NCBI GenBank assembly: GCA_031547305.1
Contig: JAVBSC010000019.1
Span: 38,609 to 102,608, forward strand
From: Desulfovibrionaceae bacterium
GTDB taxonomy: Bacteria > Desulfobacterota > Desulfovibrionia > Desulfovibrionales > Desulfovibrionaceae
DNA: 64,000 nucleotides
Direction: 5' to 3'
Shown here: piece by piece, positions 27,999 to 38,296 of the stretch
How the letters are laid out: the number at the start of each line of letters is the position of its first letter
Numbering within the stretch: the first letter of the stretch is position 1
Program-made: the position numbers and the translations under genes
The notes under the pieces: model-generated
Told to the model about the DNA's origin: nothing
The model's input: the letters and a program-made list of their open reading frames with translations, nothing else
The model's database searches: none

Positions 27999-28099
27999 AA
28001 AACCTCAGGATGTCCTTGATTCGGGCTGGTTGCTTGGCTAATATCCAGATATGGCAATCTTTTCAAATGCCGGAAGACTTTTAACATACGGAATCAGCC

Positions 28100-28738
28100 A
28101 TGTCAGCCTCTCTTTCTCTTGATGCCGCCTGCCGGGCGTTGCGCGAAGGCCGGATGATCGTGTACCCCACGGAAACTTTTTACGGCATAGGCTGCAACGC
28201 CCTAGACCCGGACGCCGTGGGAGCTGTTTATGCTCTTAAGCGCCGTCCCTACGGACTGCCTTTGCCCGTGGTGATCGGCGACGCGGCGCAGCTTTCCCTG
28301 GTGACGAGTGAAGTGAGCCCGGTGGCCCGGGCTCTTATGGAGGCCTTCTGGCCCGGACCTTTGTCCATAATTTTCCCTGCCGTGCCGGAGGTTCCGGATT
28401 TGCTCACCGCGGGCGCCGGGCGCATTGCCGTGCGTTTGTCCTCCCACCCGGCGGCCCTGGATTTGTGCCAAAAATCCGGCCTGGTCCTGGGAGCTTCCAG
28501 CGCTAATTTAAGCGGCACTCCACCAACGGCGGATTTGGATCAGCTTGACGAGGACATCCTGCGGGCCGTTGCCGGCGTGTACGCCGGCGGTCCGGCGCCG
28601 GCCGGCGGGGAACCTTCCACCGTGGTGGATATTCTGCCTGGGCGGGAGCGCTTTTATGTGCGCATTCTGCGGCCTGGGGCCGTGAGCGTGGAGGCGCTTG
28701 AGGCCAAAGGGTTTCTTGTGGATGCCACACCCAGGTGA
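28100..28738 (+). CDS. tsaC: L-threonylcarbamoyladenylate synthase (YrdC/TsaC/Sua5 family)
   Basis: YrdC-domain motifs VYPTETFYGIGCNA and SSANLSG. Confidence 0.8.
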   Translation: MSASLSLDAACRALREGRMIVYPTETFYGIGCNALDPDAVGAVYALKRRPYGLPLPVVIGDAAQLSLVTSEVSPVARALMEAFWPGPLSIIFPAVPEVPDLLTAGAGRIAVRLSSHPAALDLCQKSGLVLGASSANLSGTPPTADLDQLDEDILRAVAGVYAGGPAPAGGEPSTVVDILPGRERFYVRILRPGAVSVEALEAKGFLVDATPR

Positions 28739-28909
28739 ATCCGGAACGGCCAGGCTTGGTCAGCATTATAAATAAAAGTGAAAATCCGCTTGAAAAGCCG
28801 CATAACCAAGTATATGTTATAGTATAATCAAAGAATTCAGAGTTGTAGCCCGGCAGGGCTGTTGAAAGTTCGTGGGGTTGTTTTGCCAGTTGGAGCGGAG
28901 TAGCGCGTG

Positions 28910-29377
28910 ATGAATAAAGAAGTGACGTGCCCGCAATGCGGAGCCGGGATTACGCTTTATAAAAATCCCCTGCCCACGGTGGATGCGCTTATCTACGCTC
29001 CGGATCGGGGTCTGGTGCTCATAAAGCGGCGTTTTGACCCGCCCGGCTGGGCCTTGCCCGGCGGCTTTGTGGAATACGGCGAGAGCGTGGAAAATGCCGT
29101 CCTGCGCGAAGCCCGCGAGGAAACATCACTTAACCTTCAGTTAATCGCGCTTTTAGGCGTTTATTCGGAGCCGGCCAGAGACCCGCGCCGGCACACCATC
29201 AGCACGGTGTTCATCGCTTCCGCCCTGAACCCGGAGGAGCTTTCGGCCGGGGACGACGCCGGCGAGGCCGCGTTTTTTTCTTTTTCCGACCTGCCTCAGC
29301 CGCTGGCTTTTGATCATGCCGCAATTGTTGCGGATTTCCGAACCTGGCTGGATAATCACTCCTGGCCGTCATCTTAG
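28910..29377 (+). CDS. NUDIX hydrolase with N-terminal zinc ribbon
   Basis: CPQCG zinc-ribbon half-site. Nudix box [24 protein letters not shown]. Confidence 0.8.
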   Translation: MNKEVTCPQCGAGITLYKNPLPTVDALIYAPDRGLVLIKRRFDPPGWALPGGFVEYGESVENAVLREAREETSLNLQLIALLGVYSEPARDPRRHTISTVFIASALNPEELSAGDDAGEAAFFSFSDLPQPLAFDHAAIVADFRTWLDNHSWPSS

Positions 29378-29391
29378 CGAGTGGGGGATTT

Positions 29392-30849
29392 ATGGAGCAC
29401 CAGATCATTTTCGCCACTTCGGAAATTTACCCGTTCTCCAAGACCGGCGGACTGGGCGACGTGGCCGGAGCCCTGCCGGTAACACTGCATAAAATGGGCA
29501 TTCCCACCGCCGTGGTTACACCTTTTTACGGACGCCTGCGCGCGGACGGACACCAGATCCGCCTGACCATTTCCGACTGTCACGTCGGCTATCCGTGGGG
29601 GCCGATCACCGCGGACGTCTACGAGACGCAGCTGCACGGCATGCCCGTATATTTCATCCACCGCGGCGAATATTTCGACCGCCGCTATTATTACAACGAC
29701 CATAAAGGCGACTATTTCGACAACGCGGAGCGCTTCATTTTTTTCTGCCGGGCCGTGCTGGCCCTGCTGCGCCGCCTTGGCAAGGCGCCGGAGGTCATCC
29801 ACTGCCAGGACTGGCAAACCGCTCTTTTGCCCGCCTACCTGCATTATTACCGGCAGTGGGACGATTTCTGGAGCGGCACGTCCTCGGTCTTTACCGTGCA
29901 CAACCTGGCTTTCCAGGGGCGTTTTTCCTCCCGCCTGTTCACCGGTTGCGGCCTGCCGGCCTCCGCCTGGAGCATGGACGGCGTGGAATACTTCGGCGAC
30001 TTTAACATGCTTAAAAGCGGCATAGCTTACGCGGACAAGGTGACCACGGTCAGCCCGAGCTACTCCAGGGAAATTCTGACGGAAAAGTTCGGCTGCGGCC
30101 TGGACGGCATTCTCAGGCACCGGGAACGGGATCTGGTGGGCATTCTGAACGGCGCGGACTATGAAATTTGGAACCCCACGGACAACCGCTACATTTCAGA
30201 CAACTATTCGGCCGGCGATCTGGCGGGCAAAAAGCTTTGCAAGCTTGACCTGATCAAGGAGGCCGGGCTATCCCCCCACCTGGCGGATCGCCCGCTGCTG
30301 GGATTTATCGGCCGTTTGCGCGGCCAGAAGGGCATAGACCTGCTCAACGAGATCGTGCCGGAACTCATGAAGCGGGATGTGGGGGTGATCGTGCTGGGCG
30401 AAGGCCACCCCAAGCACGAAGCCAGATCCCTGGAACTTATGGAAAACCACCATGGCCGCTTCTGCGCCATGGTGGGCTACACCGAGGATCTGGCGCACCG
30501 GGTGCACGCGGGCTGCGACTGCTTCTTGATGCCTTCGCGCTACGAACCCTGCGGACTGACCCAGATGTACGCCCTGCGCTACGGCACGCCGCCTATAGCC
30601 ACGGCTGTGGGCGGCCTGCGGGACACCATAATCCCCTGGCCGGATCCGGAATCCACGGGATTCACCTTCCTGCAAAGCACGCCGGAAGAATTTCTGGAGG
30701 CCATCCTGGCCGCGATCACTCTGTGGGAGAACAATCAGCCGGCCTGGCAGGCCATGGTCAAAAGAGCCATGAGCCAGGCCTTCACCTGGGAAAAATCCTG
30801 CACCCAGTACCAAAACGTCTACCGGCAGATTGGCTATGCCAGCAAATAG
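29392..30849 (+). CDS. glgA: Glycogen synthase (ADP-glucose type)
   Basis: [24 protein letters not shown]-terminal signature. 485 aa. Confidence 0.9.
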   Translation: MEHQIIFATSEIYPFSKTGGLGDVAGALPVTLHKMGIPTAVVTPFYGRLRADGHQIRLTISDCHVGYPWGPITADVYETQLHGMPVYFIHRGEYFDRRYYYNDHKGDYFDNAERFIFFCRAVLALLRRLGKAPEVIHCQDWQTALLPAYLHYYRQWDDFWSGTSSVFTVHNLAFQGRFSSRLFTGCGLPASAWSMDGVEYFGDFNMLKSGIAYADKVTTVSPSYSREILTEKFGCGLDGILRHRERDLVGILNGADYEIWNPTDNRYISDNYSAGDLAGKKLCKLDLIKEAGLSPHLADRPLLGFIGRLRGQKGIDLLNEIVPELMKRDVGVIVLGEGHPKHEARSLELMENHHGRFCAMVGYTEDLAHRVHAGCDCFLMPSRYEPCGLTQMYALRYGTPPIATAVGGLRDTIIPWPDPESTGFTFLQSTPEEFLEAILAAITLWENNQPAWQAMVKRAMSQAFTWEKSCTQYQNVYRQIGYASK

Positions 30850-30952
30850 CACCCGCCGGAGAACAAAGTCGCTTATTTGTTGGCGCAGCCTGGGCTACGC
30901 GGCGGGTATCCTTTTAAACGCATGCTTTCCTCATGCTCCGGGAGTCTGATTA

Positions 30953-32875
30953 ATGTCTGAGCAATCCGGGATCGGCCCAAGCCGTCCTGTTTTTATGGAA
31001 CCCTTTGACTTGTACTTGTTCGGCAAGGGCGAGCACTGGGATCTCTACCGTATTTTAGGCGCGCATCCCGCCGATGACGGCGGCGAGCAGGGCTTTCGTT
31101 TTGCCGTGTGGGCGCCCAACGCCAAAGAGGTGCACTTGTGCGGGGACTGGAACGACTGGCGCTGGGGGGAGTTTCCTCTTTACCCGGTTGGCAGTTCCGG
31201 CATCTGGGCGGCTTTTGTGCCCGGCATCCGGCGGGGCCGGCTTTATAAATTCGGCCTGCGCGGGGCGGACGGCAACATTGTATACAAAACCGACCCCATG
31301 GCTTTTTTCGCGGAATTGCGCCCCGGCAACGCGGCTGTGGCCTGGGGGCTCTCCGATTACCCCTGGAGCGACCAGGACTGGATGAGTCGTCGGGCCGCTG
31401 AAAACCCGCTCAAAAACCCCATGTCCGTCTACGAGACGCATGCCGGCTCCTGGCGTCGCCGCCACGGCGGCGGGCATCCGTTCCTGTCCTTCAGGGAGCT
31501 CAGCGACAGTCTGGTGCCCTACGTCCGGGACATGGGCTTCACCCACATTGAATTTCTGCCTCTGGCGGAGCATCCTTTGGATTTGTCCTGGGGCTACCAG
31601 ACCGGGCATTATTTCGCGCCGTCCTCCCGCTTCGGCACGCCGGAGGATTTGAAGGGTTTTGTCAACCACTGCCACCGCGAGGGCATTGGGGTGATTCTGG
31701 ACTGGGTGCCGGCGCATTTTCCCAAAGACGCCTGGGGCCTGGCCCGTTTTGACGGAACGGCCCTTTATGAGCACCTGGATCCCCGGCGTGGAGAGCATCC
31801 GGACTGGGGCACGCTTATTTTCAACTACGGCCGCAATGAGGTAAAAAATTTCCTGTTTTCCAACGCCTTGTACTGGTTCAAGGAATTCCACATCGACGGC
31901 CTGCGCATAGACGCCGTGGCTTCCATGCTCTACCTGGACTACTCCCGCAAGGAAGGGGAGTGGCTGCCAAACAAGTACGGCGGCAAAGAAAACCTGGAGG
32001 CCATGCAGTTTTTGCGCGAACTGAACACCGTGGTGCACGGGGAGTTCCCCGGCGCAATCACTGTGGCTGAAGAATCCACAGCCTGGCCCGGCGTTTCCCG
32101 GCCGGTCTATTCCGGCGGACTGGGCTTCACCTTCAAGTGGAACATGGGCTGGATGCACGACACCTTAAAGTACATGCAGCTTGACTCCGTGTACCGCTCC
32201 TTTCAGCACAGCGCCCTGACTTTTTCCATGCTTTACGCCTTCAGCGAAAATTTCGTCCTGCCCTTGTCCCATGACGAAGTTGTGCACGGCAAAGGCGCGC
32301 TGCTCTCTAAAATGTCCGGGGATACGTGGCAGCGGCAGGCCAACCTGCGTCTTTTATATTCCTACATGTGGGCGCACCCTGGCAAAAAGCTCCTGTTCAT
32401 GGGCGGCGAGTTCGGGCAGTGGAACGAGTGGCGGGAAAACGCCGAACTGGACTGGATGCTCCTGGATTTTCCCGCGCACCAAGGCATTCGCAACCTGGTG
32501 CGGGATCTTAATGGCCTCCTGCGTTCCGAACCGGCCATGCATCGTGAGGATCACGGCTGGTCCGGGTTTGAGTGGCTGGATTTTTCCGACTACGCCTCGT
32601 CCGTGTACAGCTTTTTACGCAAGGCTGAAGGCGCGCCGCCCGTTCTCTGGGTTTTTAACTTCACCCCGGTCGTCCGCTCCGGCTATAAAGTGCCTTGCCC
32701 CTGGGCCGGCGGCTGGGTGGAGCGCCTGAACACGGACAGCGAATATTACGGCGGCACGAACGTGGGCAACACCGGCGGCCTGTTGGCCGTGGAGCGGTCT
32801 GACGGGCAGGGCGCCGTTCTGGAGCTTACCTTGCCGCCCATGGCCGCGCTGGCCTTTATGCCAATCCAAGATTGA
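30953..32875 (+). CDS. glgB: 1,4-alpha-glucan branching enzyme
   Basis: GH13 catalytic motifs IDGLRIDAVASMLY, ITVAEESTAWPG and LSHDEVVHGK. Confidence 0.9.
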   Translation: MSEQSGIGPSRPVFMEPFDLYLFGKGEHWDLYRILGAHPADDGGEQGFRFAVWAPNAKEVHLCGDWNDWRWGEFPLYPVGSSGIWAAFVPGIRRGRLYKFGLRGADGNIVYKTDPMAFFAELRPGNAAVAWGLSDYPWSDQDWMSRRAAENPLKNPMSVYETHAGSWRRRHGGGHPFLSFRELSDSLVPYVRDMGFTHIEFLPLAEHPLDLSWGYQTGHYFAPSSRFGTPEDLKGFVNHCHREGIGVILDWVPAHFPKDAWGLARFDGTALYEHLDPRRGEHPDWGTLIFNYGRNEVKNFLFSNALYWFKEFHIDGLRIDAVASMLYLDYSRKEGEWLPNKYGGKENLEAMQFLRELNTVVHGEFPGAITVAEESTAWPGVSRPVYSGGLGFTFKWNMGWMHDTLKYMQLDSVYRSFQHSALTFSMLYAFSENFVLPLSHDEVVHGKGALLSKMSGDTWQRQANLRLLYSYMWAHPGKKLLFMGGEFGQWNEWRENAELDWMLLDFPAHQGIRNLVRDLNGLLRSEPAMHREDHGWSGFEWLDFSDYASSVYSFLRKAEGAPPVLWVFNFTPVVRSGYKVPCPWAGGWVERLNTDSEYYGGTNVGNTGGLLAVERSDGQGAVLELTLPPMAALAFMPIQD

Positions 32876-34569
32876 TGCGCCAGGCGCTTGTCGGCATAGA
32901 CGTCGGCGGAACGCATACCGATGCGGTCGCCCTGGAGCGTTCCGGCCCAGGCAAGGCCGCGTTGCTGGCCTGGGCTAAAGTCCCCACGGATAAGGACGTT
33001 CTGGCCTCGGTTCTTGCGGTTTTGGAAAAACTGCTCCAAGACGTCAGGGCCTGGGAAATCTCCCGTCTGGTTCTTTCAACCACCCTGACCACCAACGCCC
33101 TGGTCCACGGCAAGCTGGACCGGGTCGCCTTGATCGCCGGCGGCGGTCCGGGTCTGGATCCGGCCCCTGCCGCGCCTGCCGGGCGACTTATTCGCCTGCC
33201 GGCCGCTATGGACCATCGCGGCCATGAGGTGCGCGCCCTTTCCGCTCCTGATCTGCTGGAATTGCGCGCCCAGGCCCTGTCCTGCGGAGCCGCGGCGGCA
33301 GCTGTGGCCGGCAAGTTTTCCGTGCGCAACCCGGCCCACGAACTGCGGGTTCACGAAGCGCTGGCCGCTTATTTTCCATTCATTTCCCTTGGGCACCGGA
33401 TTTCCGGCCGTCTGAACTTCCCGCGCCGTATCGCCACGGTTTACTATAACGCGGCCGCCTGGCGCCTGCACAACGCTTTTGTCCGGGCCGCGCGAAATGG
33501 CGTGGCCAGCCTGGGCATAAACGTCACGCCGCAAATCCTCAAGGCGGACGGCGGCGCCATGCCTTTGTCCGCTTCCCGGGATTTGCCGGTGCAGGCCGTG
33601 GCTTCCGGTCCGGCGGCCAGCGTTCTGGGCTGCCTGGCCTTGCACGCCGCAAGTATGGCGGATTCCTGCTGGCTGTCTCTGGATATGGGCGGCAGCACCA
33701 CAGATCTGGCGCTTTTTCACAACGGCGTGCCCTTGCTGGAGCGCGACGGCCTTACCCTGGGCGGACGCAAAACTCTGGTGCGCGGCCTGTTGACGCGTTC
33801 CATTCCTGTGGGCGGGGACTGCGCCTTGGACTTTGTTGACGGCGCTCCTTGCGTGGCTCCCAGGCGCGCTGGCCCCGGCCTGGCCGGGGGCGGAGCGCAC
33901 CCGGCCCTGGTGGACGCCATGAATATGCTCGGCCTGGCGGCTTTTGGCGATGTCGAACGCTCCCGCAGGGGCGTGCGGGACCTTGCGCGCGTCCACAGCT
34001 TTGCCGATGCCGTGGAGTTCGCCCGCCAGGCCCTGGCGCAGGCCTGCGCCGGCATAGCCGCCGCCGCCCGCTCCCTGATCGCGGAAGCCAATGCCGGCCC
34101 AATCCACACCATCCGCCAGCTTTTGCTGGATTCCGCCATAACCCCGTCCGTGGCCTGTCTGGCCGGCGGCCCGGCCGAGGCCGCGGCTTCCGCCCTGGGC
34201 CCGGCTCTTGGGCTGCCCGTGCGCGTCGGCCGGCTATCCGGCGTGACCAGCGCCCTGGGCGCGGCCCTGGCCCGGAGCGCGGCGGAGTTGGAATTGTACG
34301 CGGACACCGAGCGCGGAGTCAGGCATATTCCAACCCTGGGCTTGCTGGACAAGGCCGGTCCGGACTATATCCTTGCCCAGGCGGAACAGGACGCCAGAAA
34401 AGCCCTGGCCGGGCATCTGGCCGGCCAGGGCTCCGACGATGAAGATCCGGATCTGGACATCACCGAGTCCAGCTCTTTCAACATCATTTCCGACTACGGA
34501 GCATCCGGCCGCATCCTCCGCGTAAAATGCCAGGTCCGCCCCGGATTATTGGTGGAGTTTGAAAATTAA
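32875..34569 (+). CDS. Hydantoinase/oxoprolinase-family (ASKHA-fold) protein
   Basis: N-terminal GIDVGGTHTDAV phosphate-1 motif and a second DMGGSTTD motif. Its ATG overlaps the glgB TGA by 1 nt. Confidence 0.75.
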   Translation: MRQALVGIDVGGTHTDAVALERSGPGKAALLAWAKVPTDKDVLASVLAVLEKLLQDVRAWEISRLVLSTTLTTNALVHGKLDRVALIAGGGPGLDPAPAAPAGRLIRLPAAMDHRGHEVRALSAPDLLELRAQALSCGAAAAAVAGKFSVRNPAHELRVHEALAAYFPFISLGHRISGRLNFPRRIATVYYNAAAWRLHNAFVRAARNGVASLGINVTPQILKADGGAMPLSASRDLPVQAVASGPAASVLGCLALHAASMADSCWLSLDMGGSTTDLALFHNGVPLLERDGLTLGGRKTLVRGLLTRSIPVGGDCALDFVDGAPCVAPRRAGPGLAGGGAHPALVDAMNMLGLAAFGDVERSRRGVRDLARVHSFADAVEFARQALAQACAGIAAAARSLIAEANAGPIHTIRQLLLDSAITPSVACLAGGPAEAAASALGPALGLPVRVGRLSGVTSALGAALARSAAELELYADTERGVRHIPTLGLLDKAGPDYILAQAEQDARKALAGHLAGQGSDDEDPDLDITESSSFNIISDYGASGRILRVKCQVRPGLLVEFEN

Positions 34570-34615
34570 AACAGGCTCCGCCCCCTCATTGCCATAAGGG
34601 GATATTTCATTACCC

Positions 34616-35074
34616 ATGCAAATAGTTTTGTTTGAACCGGAGATCCCGCCGAACACGGGCAATGTGGCCAGGCTTTGCGCGGCCTGTGATTTGGCGTTGC
34701 ATCTTATTGAGCCGTTGGGCTTCAGGATTGAGGACCGTTATTTGAAGAGGGCCGGGCTGGATTACTGGCCGCATGTGCGGGTGCGCGTCTGGCCGGATCT
34801 GGCGGCGTTTCTGGAAGGAGATGGGTTGGATAAACGGCTGGTGCTGACCAGCAGCCGGAGCGGCGCGCCGGTGCAGCATTTCGCCTTCAAGCCGGACGAT
34901 GTGCTGGTTTTCGGGCCGGAGACCAGGGGCTTGCCGGAAGAAGTGCTGAAGCTGTCGGAATTTCGGGTGCGCATACCCATCCGCAACCAGGTGCGCAGCT
35001 TGAACCTGTCCACGGCCGTGGGCATTGTGGCTTACCAGGCTTTGGCCAGCTGCGGGCGGTTGGAAGGATTATGA
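34616..35074 (+). CDS. trmL: tRNA (cytidine/uridine-34-2'-O)-methyltransferase
   Basis: 152-aa SpoU/TrmL protein: LFEPEIPPNTGNVARLCAA and SLNLSTAVGIVAYQAL. Confidence 0.85.
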   Translation: MQIVLFEPEIPPNTGNVARLCAACDLALHLIEPLGFRIEDRYLKRAGLDYWPHVRVRVWPDLAAFLEGDGLDKRLVLTSSRSGAPVQHFAFKPDDVLVFGPETRGLPEEVLKLSEFRVRIPIRNQVRSLNLSTAVGIVAYQALASCGRLEGL

Positions 35075-35076
35075 CG

Positions 35077-36264
35077 TCACAACGCTTGCCCTGCCGCAAA
35101 GCCGCTGGCCCAGGCCCAATGCAGGTTGTAGCCTCCAAGCTGGCCGCAGACGTCCAGAATCTCCCCGCAAAAATGCAGGCCTGGCACAAGCTTGCTTTCC
35201 AGGCCGGCGGAAGAGACTTCCGCGCAATCAACCCCGCCCCGGCCCGCTTCGGCCTTGCGGAATCCTTCCGTACCCGTGGGAATCGCCTCGTATTCATGTA
35301 AAACTTTAACTAATTTGGCCAGGTCTTTTTTGGAGAGTTCCGCCAGCCGGCGGCGCAGCAGGTCTTCCGGGATCAGAGCGGCGGCGAGCCTGGCCGGCAG
35401 GCGCCGGCCGAGCAGGGTTTGCAGGAGCATTTTTGCGTTTTCCGCCTGGGCGATGAGTTCTGTCAGGGGCATATCCGGCAAAAAGTCTATTTTCAGCGCG
35501 TCGCCTTTACGCCAGTAGCCGGAGATCTGCAGGCCGGCCGGCCCGCTTATGCCTTTGTGGGTAAAGAGCATGGGCAGGGTGAAGGCCGGCGCTTTTTTGT
35601 CCTTTGCCGCCAGGCTCAGGCGCACTGGCGCGGATATTCCGGCCAGTCCGGCCAGGGGCCAGTTCTGGGGCATGATCAGGGGCGCCAGAGCCGGGGCGGG
35701 CGGCACGATGCGGTGCCCAAAGCGTTTAGCCAGCAGCAGGCCGGAAGCGCCGCCCCCAACCTGGGGGCAGGCCGGGCCGCCGCAGGCCAGGACCAGCTTG
35801 GCGGATTGCAGCTCTTGCCCGCCGGCTTCCACGACAAAGGCGTCCGGTTCGCGGCGCGCGGCAGTGACGTTTTGCTCCAGGCTCATCCGGAATTTTGGCC
35901 CGGCACATTGGCGGAGCAGCAGATCCAGTACGTCCGAGGCGGAATTGCGGCAAAAAATCTGGCCGTGTTCGCGTTCTTCCCAGGCGATTTCATTTTTGTC
36001 CAGAGTCTTCAGAACGGCCAGAGGGCGCAGGCGGGCCAGGGCGGATTTGCAGAATTTGTTGTTTTCGCCCAAATAGTTGTCGTGTTGTACATTCAGGTTG
36101 GTAAGGTTACATTTGCCGCCGCCGCTTATGAGCAGCTTGCGGCCGGGTCCTGTGTCTTTTTCCAGCAGCAGCGCGTGCAGGCCGCGTTTGGCGGCCGTGG
36201 CCGCGCACAGCAGCCCGGAGGCCCCCGCCCCAACGATTATGACGTCCCAGATGTTTTTTGGCAT
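35077..36264 (-). CDS. HI0933/YhiN/BaiN-like NAD(P)/FAD-dependent flavoprotein
   Basis: VIIVGAGASGL Rossmann motif and the family signature ISGGGKCNLTN. Confidence 0.8.
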   Translation of the reverse strand: MPKNIWDVIIVGAGASGLLCAATAAKRGLHALLLEKDTGPGRKLLISGGGKCNLTNLNVQHDNYLGENNKFCKSALARLRPLAVLKTLDKNEIAWEEREHGQIFCRNSASDVLDLLLRQCAGPKFRMSLEQNVTAARREPDAFVVEAGGQELQSAKLVLACGGPACPQVGGGASGLLLAKRFGHRIVPPAPALAPLIMPQNWPLAGLAGISAPVRLSLAAKDKKAPAFTLPMLFTHKGISGPAGLQISGYWRKGDALKIDFLPDMPLTELIAQAENAKMLLQTLLGRRLPARLAAALIPEDLLRRRLAELSKKDLAKLVKVLHEYEAIPTGTEGFRKAEAGRGGVDCAEVSSAGLESKLVPGLHFCGEILDVCGQLGGYNLHWAWASGFAAGQAL

Positions 36265-36336
36265 GCTGGAAAGCTAATACTTGATTTTGCCGTACAAGGC
36301 CAGTTAGAGCATTCCAGGGTGGAAACGCTCTAAGAG

Positions 36337-37347
36337 GTGAGCCGCGTGCCTGTTTTGAAACACTCTGATTACAAGGCTCCGGTCTGGCTGCCCGGCGGGC
36401 ACTCCCAGACCATGTACCCGCCGCTGTTCCGGCGCGTGGCCGGCCCGCCGATGCGCCGGGAGCGCCTGGAATTGCCCGACGGGGACTTTTTGGACGTGGA
36501 TTTTTCCATATCCGCTGAGCATGGGCGGAACGCCGCGGAACGCTTGGTTATTTTGTCCCACGGCCTGGAAGGGCATTCCAGGCGCAAATACATAAAAGGC
36601 ATGGCGGAAGCCTTCTGGAGCAACGGCTGGGATGTTGCGGCCTGGAATTTTCGTGGCTGCGGCGATGGGCCAAACCGTCTTCCGCGCATGTACCACAGCG
36701 GCGATACAGGCGATTTGCGTAGCGTCATAAACCGTTGCCTGGCCATGGGCTATGCAACCCTGGCCCTGGTGGGCTTCAGCATGGGGGCCAACCAGATTTT
36801 CAAGTACCTGGGGGATGAGGCCGCGTCGGTGCCGCCCCAGGTGGCCTGCTCCGTCGGGTTTTCCATGCCTTGCGACCTGGAAGGCTGCGCAGCCGTGCTT
36901 GCCCGGCCGGCAAACCGCGTCTATATGGTTTATTTCCTGCGCACCCTGCGCCGGAAGGTGCGGATCAAAAACGAGCGCCTGCCGGGAGTTTTTGATTTGA
37001 GGGGCCTGGACGCCATGCAAAACTTTAAGGAGTTCGACGACCGCTTTACCGCGCCGCTGCATGGGTTCGCTTCGGCCGAGGATTACTGGCGCAAGAGTTC
37101 CAGCCTGCAATTTTTGCCCGGTGTAAAGGTGCCTTCCCTGATTGTGAACGCGTCCAACGATCCCTTTTTGTCGCCCGGCTGCTTTCCGGTGGAAATCGCG
37201 GCGCGCAATCCGGCCCTGCATCTGGAGATGCCGGAGCGTGGCGGCCATGTGGGTTTTCCTTCTTTTCAGGGCAACGGGGTGTACTGGTCGGAATCCAGAG
37301 CCCTGCGCTTTGTGGAAAGCGTGACCGGGATTGTCCATTACAAGTAG
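36337..37347 (+). CDS. YheT/ABHD-type alpha/beta hydrolase
   Basis: Nucleophile elbow GFSMGAN, C-terminal GGHVGF. Start is GTG 36337 or, with better RBS spacing, GTG 36346. Confidence 0.8.
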   Translation: MSRVPVLKHSDYKAPVWLPGGHSQTMYPPLFRRVAGPPMRRERLELPDGDFLDVDFSISAEHGRNAAERLVILSHGLEGHSRRKYIKGMAEAFWSNGWDVAAWNFRGCGDGPNRLPRMYHSGDTGDLRSVINRCLAMGYATLALVGFSMGANQIFKYLGDEAASVPPQVACSVGFSMPCDLEGCAAVLARPANRVYMVYFLRTLRRKVRIKNERLPGVFDLRGLDAMQNFKEFDDRFTAPLHGFASAEDYWRKSSSLQFLPGVKVPSLIVNASNDPFLSPGCFPVEIAARNPALHLEMPERGGHVGFPSFQGNGVYWSESRALRFVESVTGIVHYK

Positions 37348-37359
37348 AGAAAATTACGC

Positions 37360-38202
37360 TTGAGGAAGTTTTTGAGCCTGCATTTTTTCCCGCGCGGCGG
37401 GGCATATTTTTTTGCCATCGGACTGCTTTTGGCGCTCCCAGCGTCCGGCCTGGCCGGGTCTGTGCCTCTGCCGGCCAAACCGGCCGCTCTGGCGCGGCTT
37501 GCGGCCCAAAGCGGGCCGGAGCGAATTCTGGATGCCCTTACGGGCCTGCCCTACCGCGATGACGGAGCGATCAACGAAAAAGGGCAATATGCCTTGTTTT
37601 CCGCGCCGGATAAAGCCATTTCCTCTCCAGGGCTGAACTGCAGCGGCTTTGTGCTGGAAGCCGCGCGCCTTATGCGCGGCCGGAACATGGCCGTGGCGGA
37701 TGCCGCGCGCGACCGCCTCAACGACAGCGGTCCCGGCGCGGCCTTCGGCCAGGACTGGGATTTCGGGCTGGATCTCGTCCTCAACGTTTCTGAAGGAGCC
37801 GACCGGCGCTGGCTGCTCCCCGGCGGAAAAACCCTGGCCGTGCCGGATATGCCGCCGTCCGCCGATATGCCTGGTTTGCGCGGATTTGATTTGCACGCTC
37901 CGGAAACCTGGGCGGAACTGCCTGGCCGCATAAAGGCCGGCGCGGTCTATTTTTTGAGCTTTAATAAAGAAACTCCCAAGACGGGCTACAAACTGCTGCA
38001 CTATCATGTGGGGATTTTGCTGCGCGGCGCGGGCGGCGAGCTTTGGCTTTATCATAGCACCCCAGGGCGGGGAGCCTATAAGCAGAACCTGGAAACCGAA
38101 GCCGGCCGGGAGGCGTTTTTAAAGTCCTTTGCCAATACCGGCAAGACGCGTAAAATGCTGCTGGTTCTGGAAATGGACCTGCCGTCTGGCCTGGCGGAAT
38201 AG
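37360..38202 (+). CDS. Exported hypothetical protein with a candidate papain-like Cys/His pair
   Basis: Hydrophobic N-terminus (AYFFAIGLLLALPASGLAG), GLNCSGFVLEAA (NlpC/P60-like Cys context) and HYHVGILL. The only available start is TTG 37360. Confidence 0.5.
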   Translation: MRKFLSLHFFPRGGAYFFAIGLLLALPASGLAGSVPLPAKPAALARLAAQSGPERILDALTGLPYRDDGAINEKGQYALFSAPDKAISSPGLNCSGFVLEAARLMRGRNMAVADAARDRLNDSGPGAAFGQDWDFGLDLVLNVSEGADRRWLLPGGKTLAVPDMPPSADMPGLRGFDLHAPETWAELPGRIKAGAVYFLSFNKETPKTGYKLLHYHVGILLRGAGGELWLYHSTPGRGAYKQNLETEAGREAFLKSFANTGKTRKMLLVLEMDLPSGLAE

Positions 38203-38296
38203 CCCTTGACCGGGCATGTCCATATTAATCAATGCAGTGCCGTCACCAGATGATTTTTGCCATCGTGGCGACACTGCCCGGATAAAACGCGAAACC

